In this document: positions 48,622 through 57,770 of the stretch, piece after piece
Numbering within the stretch: the first letter of the stretch is position 1
How the letters are laid out: each line of letters opens with the position of its first letter
DNA from: Nanobdellota archaeon
Lineage (GTDB): Archaea > Nanobdellota > Nanobdellia > Woesearchaeales > UBA583
Length of the DNA: 64,000 bases
NCBI GenBank assembly: GCA_048625195.1
Contig: JBMCRE010000004.1
Location: 3,513 to 67,512 of the forward strand
Reading direction: 5' to 3'
Position numbers and translations under genes: made by a program
Notes under the pieces: generated by a model
Database searches by the model: none
What the model saw: the letters and a program-made list of their open reading frames with translations, nothing else
What the model was told of the DNA's origin: nothing

Positions 48622-49718
48622 TCTGTTTTCCCTCTAATTTCTTGATATTTGGTTAGTTGAGAGTAGGAATATTTAATTAAAAATAAACCAGTTAAAATCA
48701 TTATAATATAAAATATAGTAGTTATAATTTGTATGTTTGTAATTATTTTTAGGTTTGTTGTAATATAGAATATGTTTTTGATGCTGTATTCAATTAGTCC
48801 AAAACCAAGTACAATGAATAACCAGTTATAATATGTTTTAATGCTTTGATTATCAAAGATTCCTACTAAAAATATTCCTATGAATAATCCGCTGTAGTGT
48901 GCGATATTTGCAGTAATTAGAGTTTGGTTTAAAAAATAGTTTAAACCAGAGTGTAGGATAAAGATAGCTCCTAAGGTTATAATAATTGGAGTTTTTATGA
49001 TTCCAAAGAGCTTTATATTTAATAGAGGTTCTCTCATCATAAGTGCTCCTAAAATTCCAAATAGTGCTGAACTTGCTCCTATTATTATAGAGTTTGGGAT
49101 GGTATATGCTTGTATTAAGTTTGCAAAAGTACCAGAGATTATATAAATTATTAGAAATTTTATAGAACCAATATTTTTTTCTAGTATTAATCCAAAACTA
49201 ATTAAGACTATTAAATTAAAAAATAAATGATAAAAGTTAAGATGGAAGAAAATAGAGCTAAAAGCGTTAATAATACTTATATTAGAATATGAAACACCAT
49301 ATTTTAATGCATTTGTGAAAGATATTTGAGGGTAAATTATTGCAAAACTTATTAAATTTAATATTATTAAAGTTATAGATATTAGTGGAATATTGTTTTT
49401 GATATTTAATTTTTTTATTATTGTTTTTGCATTTTGATTATTAGGATTGATTTTAACTTCTTTTTGAAGTAGGTTTTCTGCTTTATTGTAGTTTTCTAGG
49501 TTTATATTTATTAAACCTAGATAATAGTTAATATTGGGTTGATTTGGATTTAATTGTAGTATTTTTTCAAGAATGATTTTTGCTTTGTAAAAATCAGAAT
49601 TATTATAATGATATTCACTTAATTTTAAATAAGCTTCAATAATATCTTCTTTTTTTTGTTGTCTTTGTGCTTTATGTAGTTTTTCAAGAAGAGATTGAAA
49701 TTGATTATTTTCTGACAT
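48618..49718 (-). CDS. rhomboid-family intramembrane serine protease with an N-terminal TPR domain
   Basis: TPR-like N-terminal 110 aa or so. Rhomboid motifs HLNFYHLFFN, GASSALFGILGA (catalytic Ser) and NIAHYSGLFIG (catalytic His). ATGA overlap with the next gene. Confidence 0.8.
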   Translation of the reverse strand: MSENNQFQSLLEKLHKAQRQQKKEDIIEAYLKLSEYHYNNSDFYKAKIILEKILQLNPNQPNINYYLGLININLENYNKAENLLQKEVKINPNNQNAKTIIKKLNIKNNIPLISITLIILNLISFAIIYPQISFTNALKYGVSYSNISIINAFSSIFFHLNFYHLFFNLIVLISFGLILEKNIGSIKFLIIYIISGTFANLIQAYTIPNSIIIGASSALFGILGALMMREPLLNIKLFGIIKTPIIITLGAIFILHSGLNYFLNQTLITANIAHYSGLFIGIFLVGIFDNQSIKTYYNWLFIVLGFGLIEYSIKNIFYITTNLKIITNIQIITTIFYIIMILTGLFLIKYSYSQLTKYQEIRGKTE

Positions 49719-49902
49719 AGAATATATAAATTTTATATCTTTATAATTTTTATGTTAGATTTGTATTATTTTAATATTAATGGCATTTTAAAGTATTAAA
49801 TAATTGTATAGATTTTTAATTTTTACTAAAGATTAGTAATCTTTTTTGTTACTAATGGTTTAAATAGAAAAATTTAATATATAAAAATGATTAGTTGTTT
49901 TT

Positions 49903-50187
49903 ATGGAATTTCTAATTTATGAAGATTTAGAGCTTTATGAGGTTTTGAATGCTTTTCCAGTTTTGAAAGAAAGTTTTGAAAAGCTTGGTTTAGATATTTC
50001 TAATTTAAATGAGGGAGAGACGATTTATAATTATTTTAAAAGATTATCTTTTGGTGATGATGAAATAGATATTTTAGTTAAAAAAATTAATTATGAAATT
50101 AAGCATTATTTGAAAAATGGTGAAGTTCCTTGTTTTAAATCTTTGTCAAGTGAAAAAAATGTATTAAGAATAGAAGAAGAGGAATAA
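49903..50187 (+). CDS. small protein, weakly DUF1858-like
   Basis: 94 aa. The LYEVLNAFPVLKESFEKLGLD pattern resembles DUF1858, but the usual Cys are absent. Confidence 0.35.
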   Translation: MEFLIYEDLELYEVLNAFPVLKESFEKLGLDISNLNEGETIYNYFKRLSFGDDEIDILVKKINYEIKHYLKNGEVPCFKSLSSEKNVLRIEEEE

Positions 50188-50198
50188 TTAATTAATTT

Positions 50199-50501
50199 TT
50201 ATTTATATCTGATTTTTTTAATGTTTTTGCAGTTTTTACAGATGTAATTTAGAGTTTTTTTTTTATTATCAAGTCGAATTATATGATTGTTAATGTTAAA
50301 AAATGTATGACAATGTTTGCAAAATTTTAATTTTTCTTCTCTTTTGAGTCTAATATTGAATGACTGAGATATTTTTAAAATATCTTTTATATAGTATTTA
50401 TTGTATTTAGAGTAAAAATTATTTTCTAATAATTTAAAATAAAAATTAATATTTTTTTTTGCATAATATAATTGTAGTTTTTTTTTTTCTTTGTTATTCA
50501 T
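50199..50501 (-). CDS. rnp4: RNase P protein component 4 (Rpp21/Rpr2 family)
   Basis: 100 aa. Basic helical N-terminus plus zinc ribbon FCKHCHTFF...YICKNCKN. Confidence 0.75.
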   Translation of the reverse strand: MNNKEKKKLQLYYAKKNINFYFKLLENNFYSKYNKYYIKDILKISQSFNIRLKREEKLKFCKHCHTFFNINNHIIRLDNKKKTLNYICKNCKNIKKIRYK

Positions 50502-50564
50502 TTTTATGATATAATAAATAAGAATATTTAATTTAATTTATATATTTTATTTAAATAAAAATAT

Positions 50565-53408
50565 TTATTGAATAATTACAGTTGCAAATGTTTCATAAAT
50601 TCTTTTGTAGAATACTAAAAAGATATTACTATTATTGGTTTTTCCTTGTGCTGTTTCTGCTTCTAGTTGAATATTTAGTTCAATTTCATCGTTTCCATCT
50701 ACGAATTCACTAACATCAACTTCAATTTCAAAGTTGTTTTCTTGTTGGTTAAAGAATATTTCTTGTGAATTTATCAGAGCTTTTATTAGTGCTTTTTTGT
50801 TTGTTGTTGCGTTAATTCTTATAGTGTCTCCATATAGATAATATTTGTCACTTTTTTGTAGGTCATCCCCATATATGTCATTGATATTTATGTTTAAAGG
50901 AGCAGAATCTTTTATTATAGTTATTGTTTTATTATTATTATCATTATTAGTTGTGGTTACACTTACGTCAAATATATTTTCGCCAGTAACTAGATCAACA
51001 TTGCATATAAAAGTTGTATTGTCAAATAAACAATTTTGACCTTGAATATTTACGTTTTCTATAGGATTATCTGATATAATATTTCCTTGAACAAAGTGTT
51101 GATTGTTATTTGTTAAAATGTCATTTCCATTGAAATAAATTTTAGGTTTATTATAATAATTATTAAAATCAATATCAAATTTTGGTTGTATTCTAAATGA
51201 ATTTAATGCTTTAAATTTTAAAAAACTTTCTTCGTACCCTTTTAGGTTTAATGATCTATATCCTGTTATATCTTGAGCCGGTAGTTGGAATTCATCATTG
51301 CTAATATATACTTTGTTTAATTTGAATCCGTCGTAAGAATCTATAAAATTGAGTATAGATCTACCAGAGTTAGCATTGTTTTCTTGACTGATCATTGATC
51401 CTTTAATAAAGTTGTTAAACTTATATTTGTTTACTACATCTAAATTTACTTGGGTTTTAATATTGTCTTTGTGAATTAGATTTCCATAATTTTTAGTAAA
51501 AGAATTACCAGCTAAATCTTCTCCAATTATATTTAGATTGTTACTATTGACTTCAATTATTGCTTCAAAATAGTTTCCGTAGCGATTAAAATTGTTTTGA
51601 TTGTTGAATTTTAATGATGTCCAATCAAAGTTTGTGTCGTTTATTACACCGGTGATTTTAGTTTTGTTTGTAGTATATGGGAAAGGTATGTAGTCTAATT
51701 CAATAGTTGGTTTAAGAATATCAGATTCATAAATAAATGTTTGTGTGAGAGTGTTATAGTTTTTATCAATGAATTCTAAGTTTAATTCTCCACTAGGTTC
51801 TTGAATGTTTAGAGTTAGTTCTATATTGTTATTGTTTAAAATTTGATAATTTGTTTGTTCTTCTTGGTCTAAATATATGCTTTTAAATGCTATATTTTTT
51901 GTAGGTATTAATGTTATTGTTATTTCTCCTGTTTGTGTATATATCCTATTTCCAATTATTTCTCCATTATTTAAAAAAATATTTTTTATTAGAGTGTTTT
52001 GAGAGTTTATATTTACTGTTCCTGTAGATGTAAAACTTTTTCCAGATAAATCGCTTCCAGTAAGAGTATATTGATGATTTCCTGTTGAAATTCCAGTTAA
52101 ATCAAAGGTATAAAAATTATCTTTAACTTCTAAATTTTCATCTATGATATTTGTATTGCCTACTTCTAAAGTGATATCACTCACATTTATTCCTATATCA
52201 TCTGTTAATTTAAATGTTATAGATGAGTTTGATGAAATTGAGCTTGGTGATATGAGTTCGGATTGAGGATTTTGTGTGTCATAGTAGATGTGATCTTTTA
52301 CAATTTTTCCATCTATTCCTCTTATTTCTATAAAATTTTTACCAGGGGTAAGGTTGTTGATTTGGAAATCAAATTCTTCATTATTTGGAGTTATTTTTTT
52401 TTGGTATTTGCCATTTAAAAAAACTAAAAAAGGATAATCAAATGTTACTTTACCATCTATATTCATTGTAGAGCTTTGAACAATTTTTTTGTAGTCCATT
52501 TCTAAAAATTGGAATTTAAAATCTACATAAGTTATATTAGTTGTTTTAACTACATCTTCTTTTTCAACTGTTATTTGATTGTTTCCTGTATTTAATAACA
52601 CAAAATTTGCATATTTATTATTTTTAACTACAGTTGGAATTCCGTTTACATAAACTATAGCTCCATCTGGGGCATTTGCTGAACCTTGTACATATAAGTT
52701 TCTTTTAGATGTGAAGGTTTGATAAGTATTTTCATTTAAAGATGCTAAATTGTCAATATTTATGGATGTTACTGGTTTTGATTGGCTTGTATTGTATGGG
52801 CCGATTATTATTCTTCTTTCAATAGTTTGTGATTTTATTCCATTTGGATTTTGTGTGTAAAAATCAACTTTATTTATTCCATCTGCTAAATTTAGAGAAA
52901 AAGTAAAGCTTCCATCATTGTTAGAGTTTGTTTCCCAATTGTTTGATTGTGTTTTTGCATGAACTTGTGTGTTAGGAGTTGTGTTACCATTGACGATAAT
53001 TTGAGTATTATTGCTTTGAAGTTGAGTAGGAACTATTGGTCCGATTGGTTGAGTGTTATCAAATATATATTCAAATTTTCTATTGTTTTGGTTCCCAGCT
53101 TTATCGTATGCTAATATTTCAAAAGTATAAATTCCCGGACTTAAAAATGGGCTAATTTGTTGCAAGTTTAAGTTGTTAATGTCAAATTTTAGTTTATTTG
53201 TAGGATTATTTGTATTATAGATATTTGCTTCTATTTTATCAAAATTGTTGAGGTTTGAGAGAATTTCTACTTCTAAATTGTTTATAGATGAATAAATTCT
53301 TTCACAGTTTTGATTATATGTATTAAAGTTGCAATCTTGTCCATTAACTGTTGATAGTAAAAAAACTATCAAGATTATATTTATATAATAGTATTTTTTT
53401 TTATTCAT
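50565..53408 (-). CDS. large secreted surface protein with Ig-like/beta-sandwich repeats
   Basis: 947 aa. Signal YYINIILIVFLLSTVNG. Repetitive Asn/Thr-rich beta-strand-like sequence. No catalytic motif recognised. Confidence 0.65.
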   Translation of the reverse strand: MNKKKYYYINIILIVFLLSTVNGQDCNFNTYNQNCERIYSSINNLEVEILSNLNNFDKIEANIYNTNNPTNKLKFDINNLNLQQISPFLSPGIYTFEILAYDKAGNQNNRKFEYIFDNTQPIGPIVPTQLQSNNTQIIVNGNTTPNTQVHAKTQSNNWETNSNNDGSFTFSLNLADGINKVDFYTQNPNGIKSQTIERRIIIGPYNTSQSKPVTSINIDNLASLNENTYQTFTSKRNLYVQGSANAPDGAIVYVNGIPTVVKNNKYANFVLLNTGNNQITVEKEDVVKTTNITYVDFKFQFLEMDYKKIVQSSTMNIDGKVTFDYPFLVFLNGKYQKKITPNNEEFDFQINNLTPGKNFIEIRGIDGKIVKDHIYYDTQNPQSELISPSSISSNSSITFKLTDDIGINVSDITLEVGNTNIIDENLEVKDNFYTFDLTGISTGNHQYTLTGSDLSGKSFTSTGTVNINSQNTLIKNIFLNNGEIIGNRIYTQTGEITITLIPTKNIAFKSIYLDQEEQTNYQILNNNNIELTLNIQEPSGELNLEFIDKNYNTLTQTFIYESDILKPTIELDYIPFPYTTNKTKITGVINDTNFDWTSLKFNNQNNFNRYGNYFEAIIEVNSNNLNIIGEDLAGNSFTKNYGNLIHKDNIKTQVNLDVVNKYKFNNFIKGSMISQENNANSGRSILNFIDSYDGFKLNKVYISNDEFQLPAQDITGYRSLNLKGYEESFLKFKALNSFRIQPKFDIDFNNYYNKPKIYFNGNDILTNNNQHFVQGNIISDNPIENVNIQGQNCLFDNTTFICNVDLVTGENIFDVSVTTTNNDNNNKTITIIKDSAPLNININDIYGDDLQKSDKYYLYGDTIRINATTNKKALIKALINSQEIFFNQQENNFEIEVDVSEFVDGNDEIELNIQLEAETAQGKTNNSNIFLVFYKRIYETFATVIIQ

Positions 53409-53546
53409 AAAATTAATTTATAAAAAAACTTTATAAATATTAAGTGTTATTGCTGAGTGGTGTGAGATATTGTTTTTAGTAACTTAATGTTTTACTACTT
53501 TATAATTAAAACATAGTAAGAAAAGAGCTTTACTTATAGAATTATT

Positions 53547-53894
53547 ATGTTAAGATATTTAATAAATAAAAGATGTATGTCTTTAGTAGTTTCAACTGCT
53601 TTATTGTTAGTTGTAGCCGTTGCATTTGTAGAAATTTTTCAGGGTTGGTTTCAAACATATTCTAGTAGTTTATTTCCTAGAATCGAGCAAGATAGCTCGG
53701 TAGATGTTATGAATACTAGAATTGATACTATTTTAGGTAATAGCTTATATTTTAAAAATGGTTATAATAATTTAACTATTACAGAAATTAAATTAAACGA
53801 TGTTTCTTGTCTGATTGATGAGAGTTATGGTAAAGGAATGCAAACAATTAATATATCTGGTTGCGTAGAAACTCTTGATAATTTGCTTATTTGA
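53547..53894 (+). CDS. archaeal type IV pilin-like protein (class III signal peptide)
   Basis: N-terminal LINKRCMSLVVSTALLLVVAVAFV resembles the K/R-G/A|hydrophobic prepilin motif. Cys at -1 is atypical. Confidence 0.5.
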   Translation: MLRYLINKRCMSLVVSTALLLVVAVAFVEIFQGWFQTYSSSLFPRIEQDSSVDVMNTRIDTILGNSLYFKNGYNNLTITEIKLNDVSCLIDESYGKGMQTINISGCVETLDNLLI

Positions 53895-53927
53895 TAATAA
53901 GATTGTTCAATTTTACCTTTTTGTTTT

Positions 53928-54010
53928 GTCAGAATCGCATAATTTGGTATTGCGACGGTCTCGAAAACCGTTCCTTTTTAGGATTGTGGGTTCAAATCCC
54001 ACTTCTGGCG
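53928..54010 (+). tRNA. tRNA-Ser (anticodon CGA) with a long variable arm
   Basis: Acceptor GTCAGAA/TTCTGGC, anticodon stem ACGGT/ACCGT with loop CTCGAAA, variable arm TCCTTTTTAGGA, T-arm GTGGG-TTCAAAT-CCCAC. No encoded CCA. Confidence 0.85.
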
Positions 54011-54018
54011 CTTTTAGG

Positions 54019-54036
54019 GCTTAGGGTTTGAGTTTA
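54019..54036 (+). repeat. dispersed motif GCTTAGGGTTTGAGTTTA (copy 1)
   Basis: Near-identical to 62796-62814. Followed by a T-run at 54045-54050. Confidence 0.6.
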
Positions 54037-54056
54037 TGGCTTAGAGTCTTTTTTAA

Positions 54057-55346
54057 TTATTTTTCAATATTATTTTTAATGTCTTCAAATAATTTTATTA
54101 TTGGTTTTTGAGTTTTGATTTTTGTATTTTTTTTTTGAGTAATTATTATGTCAATATCTAATTTTTTAGATGTATTTATTATAGTGTTTTCACAGACTGC
54201 TTTTATTATTAGATATTTTGGTTGGTTTAATTTTTCTATTTTATAAAAATCTTTTAGTTCTCCAGAATTAATTATGTTTAATTTATTGTTTAAAATGTAA
54301 TAAATTTTATTTTGATCTTTTTTTATTTTTTCAATTTTTTCTTGTAGTTTTTCGATTTCATTTTTTTTTAAGTATAAATTGTTTGGTTTTGTATTTGTAG
54401 GATTTTTTATTGTATTTGAATTATTGTTTTTATCTTTGGAAATATGCTGTTTAGTGTTATTATTTAAATCTTTTAAAGTTAAATTTTCTTCAATAATTTT
54501 ATTTATTTTTGATAGTAAATTTTTTTTGGTTTTTTTTTTATTATATTGTGTTTTGTTTTTTAATGAAGTATTTATTTCTTTTAATGTTAAATCTTCTACT
54601 CCTTTTTCTTGAGGTGCAAATGTGTAGTAGTCTAGTTCAATAGTGTCTTTTAATTCTTCTAATTCATCTTTTCCTGCTTGGTCTGAGTCTAAAAATGCAG
54701 TGACAATTTTAGTTTTAGATAGTTCTTGTATAAATTTTGGTATATTGCTACCGTTAAATGCGATTGCATTAAAATATCCATTTTTTAAAAGATTTAAAAC
54801 ATCTGCTCTTCCCTCTACTAAAATAATTTCATCTGTTTCATTTATATTTGGACCTCCATAGATTTTTCCATTGTCATAGGATTTAATACTGCCTATTACA
54901 ATATTGTTATTGATTTCTTTTATGAGTTGTGTAGATGCGGGAAGCTCTTTTTTTAAATTATTTAATAGTTCTTCTGCCCTTTTTAATAAGATTTTTCTTT
55001 TTTCTTCTCTATCATCTTTTATTTGAGTTATTTTTATAGTACCATTAGTGTGGCCAATTTTTGTTATGCTCTCTATTGCAGCTGCTAGAATGCTTACTTC
55101 TGTTTTATTTAAAGCAGTTGGGATTTTCAAAGTTCCTTGTGATTTTCCATTGTTTTTTTTTAATTCTATTTCTATTCTCCCAATTTTTCCACTTTGTTGT
55201 AGTGTTGAAAATTCTAGGTTTTCTCCAATTAATCCTTCTGTTTGACCAAAAAAAGATCCTATGATATCAGACTTCTCAATGTATCCATTAGCTTGGAATT
55301 TTCCAATGATTATATATTTAGTTGAACTCATCGATATTTTATTCAT
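54057..55346 (-). CDS. dnaG: archaeal DnaG-type (Toprim) primase/exosome-associated protein
   Basis: 429 aa. Toprim core IILVEGRADVLNLLKNGYFNAIAFNGSNIP ... FLDSDQAGKDE. Asn/Lys-rich C-terminal region. Confidence 0.85.
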   Translation of the reverse strand: MNKISMSSTKYIIIGKFQANGYIEKSDIIGSFFGQTEGLIGENLEFSTLQQSGKIGRIEIELKKNNGKSQGTLKIPTALNKTEVSILAAAIESITKIGHTNGTIKITQIKDDREEKRKILLKRAEELLNNLKKELPASTQLIKEINNNIVIGSIKSYDNGKIYGGPNINETDEIILVEGRADVLNLLKNGYFNAIAFNGSNIPKFIQELSKTKIVTAFLDSDQAGKDELEELKDTIELDYYTFAPQEKGVEDLTLKEINTSLKNKTQYNKKKTKKNLLSKINKIIEENLTLKDLNNNTKQHISKDKNNNSNTIKNPTNTKPNNLYLKKNEIEKLQEKIEKIKKDQNKIYYILNNKLNIINSGELKDFYKIEKLNQPKYLIIKAVCENTIINTSKKLDIDIIITQKKNTKIKTQKPIIKLFEDIKNNIEK

Positions 55347-55507
55347 ATGATATAAAATATTTATTTATTTATAAATTTATGATTATAATTTATGAGGATT
55401 TTTAGTTTAGTTATTGGTGTTTAAGTTTATTTTTTGTTTATTTATATAAAAAAATAATTGAATGATTTTCTCATTATATTTATAAAGAAAGAATTATATG
55501 TCTTACT

Positions 55508-56476
55508 ATGACTAAGGATAAAAAATTTTCAATTTTAACTCAAAAGGATATTTTAATATTAAAAAAATTGCTTGAAGATGGTAGAAAAAGTTCGGCAGGG
55601 ATATCTAAGGAGATAGATTTGGGTCGAGAGATTGTTAATTATAGGATAAAGAGATTAATAAAAGAAAATTTAATAGTTAAGTTTGTTCCAAAAATAAATG
55701 AAGATACTATTAGGTATAATGAATATGTTATTTTGTTGAAATTAAATTTGGAAGATGATATTTCTAAAAAAAAGTTTATTAAAAACACAATGGGAAATAA
55801 ATACTTAGTTTGGATTGTAAAATCAGAGAGTGGTTGGGATTTAATTGTTAGGTTGTATGCTCAAAGTTTAGATGAATTTAAACTTAAATTAAAAGAGATT
55901 CTTGATGGATATAGTGATGTTTTGGCTAAATATTATACTATTATTGCTTCAGATGAGATTAAAGAATCTGAAAAAGATGTGATTGCAGAGCAAGTTTTTG
56001 ATGAAGAGATATCTAAAAAAGATTTCAAGTATGTTAAGAAAAGGGATGTTGTTTCTTTGGATGAGAAAAATAGAGAGATTCTTAATCTTTTAGAGGAGGA
56101 TGGTAGGATTCAGTATAAACATATAGCAGAAAAATTAGATGTTTCATCAGATACAGTTAAGTATAGAATTGATAAGATGAAGGAGTCAGGAATAATTGAT
56201 AGTTTTATACCTATTATTAATTATAATAAATTAGGACTTATTCAGTATGCAGCAATTTTAAAATTTATGTATCTTGATGATTATTCTTCTAAAAAGGTAG
56301 TTGAATTTTTAAACTCATCTAAGTGCGTGATGAGAGCTATTAGGAATTTGAATTCAGAAGAATATTTTTTAACATTGATATTTACTTTGGAAAGTGAAGT
56401 TGATATGTTTAAAGTTAATGTTCAAAATAAGTTCAAGGGGAAATATAATAGTTTGGAACTGTTTAAAATAGATTAG
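55508..56476 (+). CDS. tandem-duplicated Lrp/AsnC-family transcriptional regulator
   Basis: Two HTH_AsnC-like modules (DILILKKLLEDGRKSSAGISKEIDLGREIVNYRIKRL and NREILNLLEEDGRIQYKHIAEKLDVSSDTVKYRIDKM). Each is followed by a RAM-like segment. Confidence 0.8.
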   Translation: MTKDKKFSILTQKDILILKKLLEDGRKSSAGISKEIDLGREIVNYRIKRLIKENLIVKFVPKINEDTIRYNEYVILLKLNLEDDISKKKFIKNTMGNKYLVWIVKSESGWDLIVRLYAQSLDEFKLKLKEILDGYSDVLAKYYTIIASDEIKESEKDVIAEQVFDEEISKKDFKYVKKRDVVSLDEKNREILNLLEEDGRIQYKHIAEKLDVSSDTVKYRIDKMKESGIIDSFIPIINYNKLGLIQYAAILKFMYLDDYSSKKVVEFLNSSKCVMRAIRNLNSEEYFLTLIFTLESEVDMFKVNVQNKFKGKYNSLELFKID

Positions 56477-56538
56477 TTTGATAATTTTTATTGTAATTAC
56501 AACATTAATTTTATAAAGATTTTTTTATTATATTTATT

Positions 56539-57249
56539 ATGGTAAAAAAAGATAAGAATAATACTCAAGAGCGTAATGGTGATGAGATTGATATAATTAA
56601 TGATATTAAAAATAAGGTTAGAGATGATGAAAAAATAAATGATAATAATCAAAATGAAAAAAATTTAACTAATCAAAATGTTGATAGTTCTATTAATAAG
56701 GATTCTAATTTTGATGAAAAAAATTTAAAACAAAAAGATAAATCTAAAAAATCTATATTCAATTTAAAAAATTCTAAGGATGAAAAAATTAAAGAATTAG
56801 AACAAAAATGTGAGGAGTTAAAAAATGATTATATAAGAGCTGTTGCTGATTTTGATAACTTTAGAAAGAGAAAAGAAAAAGAATTAATTGAAGCTCGAGA
56901 GAGAGCAGTTGTTGATTTTGTTTTGTCTATACTTCCTTCTATTGATAATTTTGAGATGAGCTTGAAGATGACAGATAATAAAGAAATGTTTATTAAGGGA
57001 GTTGAGATGATACATCAAAATTTGTTGAGTACTTTAAAGGATAATCATTTTCAAGAATTTGTTCCTGCTGTTGATGAAGTTTTCGATCCTTATAGTCATG
57101 AACCTGTTTTAATTGAAGATAATTCAAAAGATTCAGGAAAAATTATTGAAGTTTTACAAAAAGGATATAAATATAAGGATAAAGTTGTAAGACCTGCAAG
57201 AGTAAAAGTTATAAAGAATAGTACAGATTGTGAAACTAATAATAATTAA
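56539..57249 (+). CDS. grpE: nucleotide exchange factor GrpE
   Basis: ELKNDYIRAVADFDNFRKRKEKE and C-terminal GYKYKDKVVRPARVKV. Low-complexity N-terminal extension. Confidence 0.85.
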   Translation: MVKKDKNNTQERNGDEIDIINDIKNKVRDDEKINDNNQNEKNLTNQNVDSSINKDSNFDEKNLKQKDKSKKSIFNLKNSKDEKIKELEQKCEELKNDYIRAVADFDNFRKRKEKELIEARERAVVDFVLSILPSIDNFEMSLKMTDNKEMFIKGVEMIHQNLLSTLKDNHFQEFVPAVDEVFDPYSHEPVLIEDNSKDSGKIIEVLQKGYKYKDKVVRPARVKVIKNSTDCETNNN

Positions 57250-57331
57250 TGTTTTTGTTTATTTAATGTTTAATATAGAAATAATTTTTTTAAGGGTACT
57301 TTTATAAAGTTGAATATTATAATAATTAATT

Positions 57332-57604
57332 ATGAAAAAAAATAATCATAAAAGAGGTTTATTGTTGTTAACTGCAGGTTTGTTTGTTTTTGTTGCAAGA
57401 TATGTTCCATTATATAATTATAATGTAGGATTTGTTGATAAATGGTTTAGTTTACATAGTCTCTCAGGATTATGTGGAACTATTGCAGGGAATTTTTTGG
57501 ATAGGTGTAATTGGATAGTACCGTTGAATATTATTGTGATTATTTTGTCTATCATTTTAGTAGGATATGGTATATTGTTAATTTATATGGATAAAACTAA
57601 ATGA
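57332..57604 (+). CDS. small membrane protein
   Basis: 90 aa with two or three hydrophobic segments. Confidence 0.4.
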   Translation: MKKNNHKRGLLLLTAGLFVFVARYVPLYNYNVGFVDKWFSLHSLSGLCGTIAGNFLDRCNWIVPLNIIVIILSIILVGYGILLIYMDKTK

Positions 57605-57770
57605 TATTTTTGATATTTTAGTTGTAGTATAATAATAGGATTAAATATTAAAATAATTTGTGAACAATAAGAATAAAAGATTTTAGAGTATTATAATTAT
57701 GTAATATGTCAAATTTTATTATATATAAATAATTTAATTTTTTAGGTATTTTAGGTTTAATTTTTTTATT

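Noticed and set aside
54019-54036. Telomere-like TTAGGG/TTTAGGG repeats (also at 62796-62820)
   Set aside because: There are only one or two units per site, embedded in a longer non-telomeric motif inside a gene-dense region. There is no evidence of a chromosome end.
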